In this document: positions 58,130 to 64,000 of the stretch, piece after piece
Position numbering within the stretch: the stretch's first letter is position 1
How the letters are laid out: every line of letters starts with the position of its first letter
Source: Candidatus Hydrogenedentota bacterium
Lineage (GTDB): Bacteria > Hydrogenedentota > Hydrogenedentia > Hydrogenedentales > JAEUWI01
Length of the DNA: 64,000 bases
Direction: 5' to 3'
Assembly (NCBI GenBank): GCA_034669905.1
Contig: JAXMOL010000036.1
Location: forward strand, 19,457 to 83,456
Program-made: the position numbers and the translations under genes
Notes under the pieces: generated by a model
Told to the model about the DNA's origin: nothing
The model's database searches: none
The model's input: only the letters and a program-made list of their open reading frames with translations

Positions 58130-58786
58130 ATGACCCAAATACTCATCATACAAGCGAGTGCCCGAAAAAACCGCTCGTTGACCCGAGCGCTAAGCGAGGA
58201 ATTCCTCACCGCGTGGCGGTCGCACGAGCCGGACGTTAGCGTCGTAAAACGCGACCTTGCGGACAATCCGCCGCCGTTCCTGAACGAAGCTTGGATTGCA
58301 GCGGCATTCGCGAAAGACCCTGATAAAGTATCCGCAGAAGAGCTCGCCGTGCTCAAATTCTCAGACGAGATTATCCGCGAGGTAGAGGCAGCAGACGTAA
58401 TTGTAATTTCGGCACCAATGTACAACTACGGTATGCCAGCGGCGCTGAAAGCCTGGTTCGACCAGGTAATACGAATAAACAAGACGTTCACTTTTGACCT
58501 CGAACGTGGAGACAGACCGATTGAGCCCGTGCTCTCTGGAAAATCTCTTGTCATTCTCTCGTCCCGTGGAGAGGCGTATTTCGGGCCCGGCGAGGTGAAC
58601 TTTCCACACAATCACCTTGAAACGCATATCACTTCCTGCAAGCATTTTCTCGGTGTCGACACGGACCCCTTCGTGATTCACATCGACTTTCAAGAATTCG
58701 GTGACCACCGTCATGCAGCTTCAAAAGCCGCTGCCCACGAGCGTGCAAGAACGTTGGCCGGAGAGTTCGCCCGCCAAAGGCATTGA
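58130..58786 (+). CDS. azoR: FMN-dependent NADH-azoreductase / quinone reductase
   Basis: AS.R...SLTR.L, PMYNYGMPAALKAWFDQ, SSRG. Confidence 0.9.
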   Translation: MTQILIIQASARKNRSLTRALSEEFLTAWRSHEPDVSVVKRDLADNPPPFLNEAWIAAAFAKDPDKVSAEELAVLKFSDEIIREVEAADVIVISAPMYNYGMPAALKAWFDQVIRINKTFTFDLERGDRPIEPVLSGKSLVILSSRGEAYFGPGEVNFPHNHLETHITSCKHFLGVDTDPFVIHIDFQEFGDHRHAASKAAAHERARTLAGEFARQRH

Positions 58787-59042
58787 ACAAAACAGGGAGA
58801 ACACGGAAACCGTGAACATTGTTCTTCAAAACGGATCGCGCTACGTTATCCTTTGTTGTTCCCTGAGTAATGTTGGAAAACGATTCAGGAACTCTGCTTC
58901 GTTGCGTTTGCACGATTGGCCCCGTATTTGCCAGATGGGCCTGTGCTGCCATCTGGATTCTCGGATAATTGCGCCAACTTGGGCGTACTATCCGTTGAAG
59001 TTAAGGGTCGCGAAGGTGCTCCTCGTTGTCAATCGTGTGGTA

Positions 59043-59615
59043 TTACCATTCTTTCTTCCGCAACATGGGTATCTTTAACGCGGCTTCCGAAGAAGATATC
59101 AGTATGCCCAGCCTTTTTAATCGTGTTTCTTCTTTCTTGGCGCTCATGACCCACCAGATGGAATCTCTCTTGTAGGACGATGCCAGGTTGTAAAAATAGG
59201 TCCAGGCGCGCTGGTTCGCCTTGAGCCGCAGCTCATACGCGGGAGCAAGGGAAACGTTTCTGTCTTCCACAGAATAGCCCTGCGCGTCGCTTCTGTTATT
59301 GAAGAGGTGCAGTCCCGCGGGTTTCATCTTCCCGAGCGCTATCAGGGCGTCGACCTTCTTGACGTTCCTGGCGCTCCAGACGCTATTCATCTTACGCGGT
59401 GCAAATCGGATTGTATAACGGTCTTCGTCGATGGATTTACGAATTCCATCAATCCACCCATAACAGAGTGCGACATCCACCGAAGCGGACCACGTGAGGC
59501 TTGGGCGTCCGGTACTTTTCTTGTAGTAACCCACCCAAACTTCACGGGCATCACCATGTGCTTCTAACCAGTCCCTGAAGGCATCAGGGCTTGCGAAGAA
59601 AACCAACGGTTCCAT
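59043..59615 (-). CDS. YdeI/OmpD-associated family protein
   Basis: FRDWL, ALCYGWIDG, WSARN, SAKKEETR..R. Confidence 0.9.
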   Translation of the reverse strand: MEPLVFFASPDAFRDWLEAHGDAREVWVGYYKKSTGRPSLTWSASVDVALCYGWIDGIRKSIDEDRYTIRFAPRKMNSVWSARNVKKVDALIALGKMKPAGLHLFNNRSDAQGYSVEDRNVSLAPAYELRLKANQRAWTYFYNLASSYKRDSIWWVMSAKKEETRLKRLGILISSSEAALKIPMLRKKEW

Positions 59616-59646
59616 GCTTTGGACTCCTTGTTAATGAAGGGCGTTA

Positions 59647-60591
59647 CTAATGGGCCGCCTGCTTTTCCAACCACTTCAAGATCATCTGGTTCGTTTCTTC
59701 CGGTCTTTCCTGCTGAATCCAATGGCCGGCGTCCAGACTGACGACCTCGACATGGGGCACGAAAGCTGCCAGCCTTTCAAACTTCGGAATCCCATCACGG
59801 TCACCATAAATCATGAGCGCGGGGTGTTCAATAATGGGGTTCGCGTCCGCCAAGAGGTGCCAGTTTCGGTCAAGATTTCTATACCAGTTAATACTCCCGG
59901 TGAATCCGGCTGATTCGAAAGCCGCGACGAAGACAGCCTGTTCGCTGTCGCTCATGAGGGGTTCTCCTGCCGCAGTGTCTGCGCGGGCGAGGTTGATCAT
60001 TTCCATGCCCGGCTGAGGCGGTGCCGGGGGTACATTCTTGCGAAAGAGATTTCGAAAGAATCGCGCGGTATTCTCTTCCAATATGGCGTCCGCCACACCC
60101 GGCTGCCGATTAAAATGAACAAAATAGAATTCGCTGCCAAACACCGCTTCCATGGACTCGACCCAGGGTTTTTCGGTGCGCTCCTGGTACGGCAAGGCAA
60201 GGTTTATCACCTGAGTTACCCGAATGGGATGCAATAAGGCCAGTCCCCAAACGACAAAGGCCCCCCAATCATGACCGACAAAGGTGGCCTTCTCGTATCC
60301 AAAGTAATCGAGGAGCCCGACGAGATCCCCTGACAACTGTTCGATGTCGTAGGCGCGCACTTCCAAGGGGCGGGAGGAGTTGCCATAGCCCCGCTGGTTG
60401 GGCACAATGACATGGTAACCCGCTGCGGCAAGGGCCGGCATCTGGTAACGCCAGGAAAAGGCATGTTCGGGCCAGCCGTGACAGAGCACAATAGGGTTTC
60501 CTTTGTTTTCCAGGCCTGCTTCGTAGACTTCAAGTTCAATTCCATGGACGGCAATCCGGGTGGGCTTGGGAAAATCGGCGGGATTAAACAT
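59647..60591 (-). CDS. Alpha/beta hydrolase, epoxide hydrolase-like
   Basis: HGWPE, RGYG.S, GHDWGA, NWYR, GHWIQQE. Confidence 0.9.
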   Translation of the reverse strand: MFNPADFPKPTRIAVHGIELEVYEAGLENKGNPIVLCHGWPEHAFSWRYQMPALAAAGYHVIVPNQRGYGNSSRPLEVRAYDIEQLSGDLVGLLDYFGYEKATFVGHDWGAFVVWGLALLHPIRVTQVINLALPYQERTEKPWVESMEAVFGSEFYFVHFNRQPGVADAILEENTARFFRNLFRKNVPPAPPQPGMEMINLARADTAAGEPLMSDSEQAVFVAAFESAGFTGSINWYRNLDRNWHLLADANPIIEHPALMIYGDRDGIPKFERLAAFVPHVEVVSLDAGHWIQQERPEETNQMILKWLEKQAAH

Positions 60592-60732
60592 AGTATCTCC
60601 TCTCGTTCTATTCGGGACAGTCGAACGCCGCCCTCTCTTTCGAAGCGACACGCGCCCAGGCCAGGGGTTGAGCGATGGGCATTGAAGCCCCCGTCTCGCC
60701 TTGCGGCCTTAGGTCCCTATAGACTACCCTCT

Positions 60733-60757
60733 AATGGTGACAAATCCTGGCACCATT
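60733..60757. promoter_or_regulatory. Inverted repeat, candidate operator of the WYL regulator
   Basis: AATGGTGACA-AATCC-TGGCACCATT (9/10 symmetric) between divergent genes. Confidence 0.6.
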
Positions 60758-60775
60758 TAAGGGTAGACTTACGAA

Positions 60776-61495
60776 ATGAATGTACGCCTTCGACATGACG
60801 CCATCGTGCGCAGCCTTCGCCGCAATGGCACATCGACCGTCGCTGCCTTGGCGGAGGAGGTCGGCGCATCCCGACGTACCGTGTTGCGCGACATCAGCGC
60901 CTTGCGGGATGAGGGCTTTGTTATTCACTCAGAACCAGGGCGCGGTGGCGGACTCCAACTTGATCCCCTCTCGATTCAGACCACCGCGCGCCTCTCGGTC
61001 TCCGAGGTCTTTGCCCTGCTCATCTGCGTCGCATCCATGCGCGCCGCCGGGAATCTCCCCTTCTCGGGTCTTGCCGACGCGGGGCTTGCGAAAATCGAGA
61101 AGGCCTTGCCACCGGACAAGGTACGCGACTTGCGCCGATTCCTGGATTGCCTCTATGTGGGGCAACTTGCACCCCAGGTAGACTTGTCCACGATGGGCGT
61201 GATGGACCCCATGTTACTGCCCGCCTTTGAGACCGCCTTTCTCCAACGGCTGCACCTCCGTTTCGAGTACCGTGACGCGAAAGGGAACGTAAGCCACCGC
61301 AAGGTGGAACCCCAAGCCATGCTGATCTTGCCACCACTCTGGTATTTGGTGGCGTGGGATCCGGCGCGCGATGACTTCCGTCATTTCCGAATGGATCGGA
61401 TCAGCGGACCAGAATGCATCGAAGACAAGCCCTTTCGGCGACGGCATGTACCCTTCGCGGATGACGTCTACCCCATTCGCGATTTACCCCGATGA
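60776..61495 (+). CDS. HTH-WYL (YafY-like) transcriptional regulator
   Basis: LAEEVGAS.RTV.RDI..L, G.GGG, WYLVAW, FRMDRI. Confidence 0.93.
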   Translation: MNVRLRHDAIVRSLRRNGTSTVAALAEEVGASRRTVLRDISALRDEGFVIHSEPGRGGGLQLDPLSIQTTARLSVSEVFALLICVASMRAAGNLPFSGLADAGLAKIEKALPPDKVRDLRRFLDCLYVGQLAPQVDLSTMGVMDPMLLPAFETAFLQRLHLRFEYRDAKGNVSHRKVEPQAMLILPPLWYLVAWDPARDDFRHFRMDRISGPECIEDKPFRRRHVPFADDVYPIRDLPR

Positions 61496-61617
61496 CCGCC
61501 GCATCGCCCCGGAATTCCTTCTACCCGGTCGGGCCCTTCGCTTGCCTTGACCACATTCCCCACGGCGGCTACACTACGGCCTGACCCGCCCTATTGGACT
61601 GGCCGGGAACAACCACG

Positions 61618-62412
61618 ATGAAAGCTGGGAACACCATGAATTTCTCTCTTCGAACTTCCCCCTTATTGAAGCACAGTCTATTTCTCGGCGTTATGGCCAC
61701 TGCCCTTGCGGCAGCCCTCTCAGGCAGCAATCCCGTTCGCGCGGAAGAACCGGAAACGGCGCCCCAGGCCGATCTCCCCAAGGCCATGGTAGACGGCAAC
61801 GGTCCGGGCTGGCGTGTCCTCACGCTGGAGGACTTCGTCAACGTGAATTGCGACGAGGACACCTGGACGTGGGAAGACAATATGTTCAAGTGCACCGGTA
61901 GCCCAGTGGGCGTCATCCGCAGTCACGAGTTCGTGAAGAATCTCGAGATCGTCGTCGAGTGGCGCCACCTCAAGTCCGGTGGCAACTCGGGCGTCTTCGT
62001 GTGGGTCACCAAGGAGTCGGTCACCGACCTCCCCAAAGGAAAACTGCCCCACGGCATCGAGGTGCAAATCCTCGACCACGGCTATACGGAGAACTATGAG
62101 AAGTCCGGCAAGAAGGCCGACTGGTTCACCAGCAACGGCGATGTCTTTCCCGTGGGCGTCTCCGACATGACCCCCTTCCCACCCACCGCGCCCAACGGAA
62201 AACGGAGCTTCCCCTCCAAGAATCTCTCCAAGGGGGTGGGCGAGTGGAACCACTACTACATCCGGGCCATCAACGGTGAAGTGCGCCTCTGGGTCAATGG
62301 CGAGGAAGTCTCTGGTGGCACGGGGTGCACGCCGAGCACGGGCTACCTGGCCCTGGAGTCGGAAGGCTCCCCGGTGGAATTCCGCAATCTCCGCATCCGC
62401 GAACTGCCTTAA
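61618..62412 (+). CDS. DUF1080 / 3-keto-disaccharide hydrolase family protein
   Basis: Signal peptide; GNSGVF, EVQILD, GEWNHY, LESEG, FRNLRIREL; start uncertain. Confidence 0.88.
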   Translation: MKAGNTMNFSLRTSPLLKHSLFLGVMATALAAALSGSNPVRAEEPETAPQADLPKAMVDGNGPGWRVLTLEDFVNVNCDEDTWTWEDNMFKCTGSPVGVIRSHEFVKNLEIVVEWRHLKSGGNSGVFVWVTKESVTDLPKGKLPHGIEVQILDHGYTENYEKSGKKADWFTSNGDVFPVGVSDMTPFPPTAPNGKRSFPSKNLSKGVGEWNHYYIRAINGEVRLWVNGEEVSGGTGCTPSTGYLALESEGSPVEFRNLRIRELP

Positions 62413-62429
62413 CGGCACTGGGAAGTATT

Positions 62430-63878
62430 ATGAAATCACGTCTAGCGCAATCACTCATCCTTAGTTGTCTGATAGTGACCGGTGGCACCGTGTGGGCAGA
62501 TGCCCCCGCGCCCGACGAGGCCGTGGCCATTGGCTCACGCCTGGAGTTGTTTGTCGATAAATTGCTCGTCGACCAAATTGAGGGGGTCCGCTTCCAGCTG
62601 CACCACCCCCAGAAGCTCCCCCTGGCGGACTCCCCGTTGGTGGGGTATTACGCGACGATTATCAAAGATGGCGATCTGTTTCGTGGATACTACCGGGGGG
62701 ACGACCCCGCCTATACGGGGAAGAAGGACTACAGCGGCCATCCCGGCGAAACGACCTGCTACGCCGAGAGTAAAGACGGCCACGAGTGGACTTTCCCGAA
62801 GCTTGGGCTCCATGAGGTCGGCGGCACCCGGGAAAACAATGTCATCCTGGCGAACAATCCCCCGTACTGTCATAACTTTTCGCCCTTTCTGGACACGCGC
62901 CCTGGTGTAGACGAGAAGGAACGGTTCAAGGCACTGGCGGGCCACCCCGGCTACGACCGGCGGAACCATGGGGAAGGGCTCCACGCCTTCGCCTCACCCG
63001 ATGGTATTCATTGGACCAAGACCGGTGACAAGGAAGTCATCCCCTTTGACCCCGCGTGGCCCCATGCCTTCGATTCCCAGAATGTTTCCTTCTGGTCGGA
63101 AGCGGAACAGCAGTATGTCTGCTACTTCCGCACCTGGAAAACCAAGTTCGGCCAATTGCGGACCATCAGCCGGAGTACGTCGCCGGACTTCCAGACCTGG
63201 AGCGCACCGGTGGCCATGGCCCCCAACCTCCGGGGCGAACACCTCTACACCAGCAACACCCACCCCTATTTTCGCGCCCCCCATCTCTATATCGCCTTGC
63301 CCACCCGCTTCCAGCCCGACCGGGGCGATTCGACGGATATCCTTTTCATGGCGACGCGGGCAGGCTCAGAATCCTACGAGCGTCTCTTCACCGAAGCCTT
63401 CATCCGGCCTGGACGCGACTCGGCACGGTGGGGCAACCGTTCGAACTACGCCGCCCTCAACGTGGTGCCCACGGGCGAGGGGGAAATGTCCATCTACCAC
63501 GCCGTAAGCGGACACCGCTATACCCTGCGCACGGATGGCTTCATCTCCGTCAACGCGGGTAGTGGCGAAGGTGAACTGCGGACCAAGCCCCTGACCTTCG
63601 AAGGAAGCGCGTTGGTGCTGAACGCCAGCACCTCAGCAGCGGGCAGCGTCCGGGTCGAAATACAAAACACCGACGGCACACCCGTGGCCGGGTTTGGCCT
63701 GGACGACGCGACGCCGGTAGTCGGTGATTCCATCGCCCAGCAGGTTGGTTGGACAGGCAATCCCGATCTCGGTGCGCTGGCAGGAAAGCCGGTTCGGCTA
63801 CGCTTTGTGATGACCGAGTGCGACCTCTATTCCTTCCAGTTCAAACCGGCATCCGCCGGTGGGAACACCCCGAAGTAG
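62430..63878 (+). CDS. Secreted beta-propeller glycosyl hydrolase-like protein
   Basis: ELFVD, YAES.DG..W, S.DGIHW, FDSQN, LR.DGF.S, LYSFQF. Confidence 0.7.
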   Translation: MKSRLAQSLILSCLIVTGGTVWADAPAPDEAVAIGSRLELFVDKLLVDQIEGVRFQLHHPQKLPLADSPLVGYYATIIKDGDLFRGYYRGDDPAYTGKKDYSGHPGETTCYAESKDGHEWTFPKLGLHEVGGTRENNVILANNPPYCHNFSPFLDTRPGVDEKERFKALAGHPGYDRRNHGEGLHAFASPDGIHWTKTGDKEVIPFDPAWPHAFDSQNVSFWSEAEQQYVCYFRTWKTKFGQLRTISRSTSPDFQTWSAPVAMAPNLRGEHLYTSNTHPYFRAPHLYIALPTRFQPDRGDSTDILFMATRAGSESYERLFTEAFIRPGRDSARWGNRSNYAALNVVPTGEGEMSIYHAVSGHRYTLRTDGFISVNAGSGEGELRTKPLTFEGSALVLNASTSAAGSVRVEIQNTDGTPVAGFGLDDATPVVGDSIAQQVGWTGNPDLGALAGKPVRLRFVMTECDLYSFQFKPASAGGNTPK

Positions 63879-63895
63879 GGCTCGCCCAGACAACG

Positions 63896-63937
63896 CGTGA
63901 AGAGGGGGACGGCCCCGACTGTCCCCTCCACTTCACG
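63896..63937. terminator. Hairpin after the last gene (terminator or REP-like)
   Basis: CGTGAAG..GGGGAC...GTCCCC..CTTCACG imperfect stem. Confidence 0.45.
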
Positions 63938-64000
63938 ACGACATAGACCAACCGTCCGCCAAGTCGGATACCCCCTGTTTCGGGCGCTTGTCGTCGGTGC

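Noticed and set aside
60776..61495. WYL protein as a sign of an anti-phage defence island
   Set aside because: It is a short YafY-type regulator whose neighbours are detoxification genes; no defence effectors seen

Overview
GC-rich bacterial chromosome segment with about 50 CDS and one tRNA-Asp(GTC). No rRNA, CRISPR array, integrase or transposase was seen. Several gene families (H-X10-DG pilin-like domains, a DUF1592/DUF1552 pair, two DUF1080 proteins, a eukaryote-type UDP-GlcNAc pyrophosphorylase, a PEP-CTERM/exosortase pair) suggest a PVC-like lineage such as Candidatus Hydrogenedentota; this is inference only. The strongest candidate for a new system is a four-gene minus-strand locus at 12956-19764. 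It encodes a PadR regulator, a HAAS-like/multi-TM/VIT/vWA protein ending in PEP-CTERM, a dedicated exosortase, and a second HAAS-like membrane protein carrying three tandem H-X10-DG domains. Other notable items: (1) a tetraheme-NrfC-NrfD-octaheme HAO-like respiratory operon that appears to lack the oxidative Tyr crosslink; (2) a GNAT-deacetylase fusion; (3) a membrane-anchored protein with a JAMM-like motif; (4) pal followed by two cpoB paralogs; (5) a ~1360-aa coiled-coil membrane protein with a TPM-type Gly/Ser tail; (6) a Cys-cluster GAF sigma54 activator divergent from azoR; (7) a 210-bp nested inverted-repeat element. All family calls come from reading motifs by eye; no searches were run.
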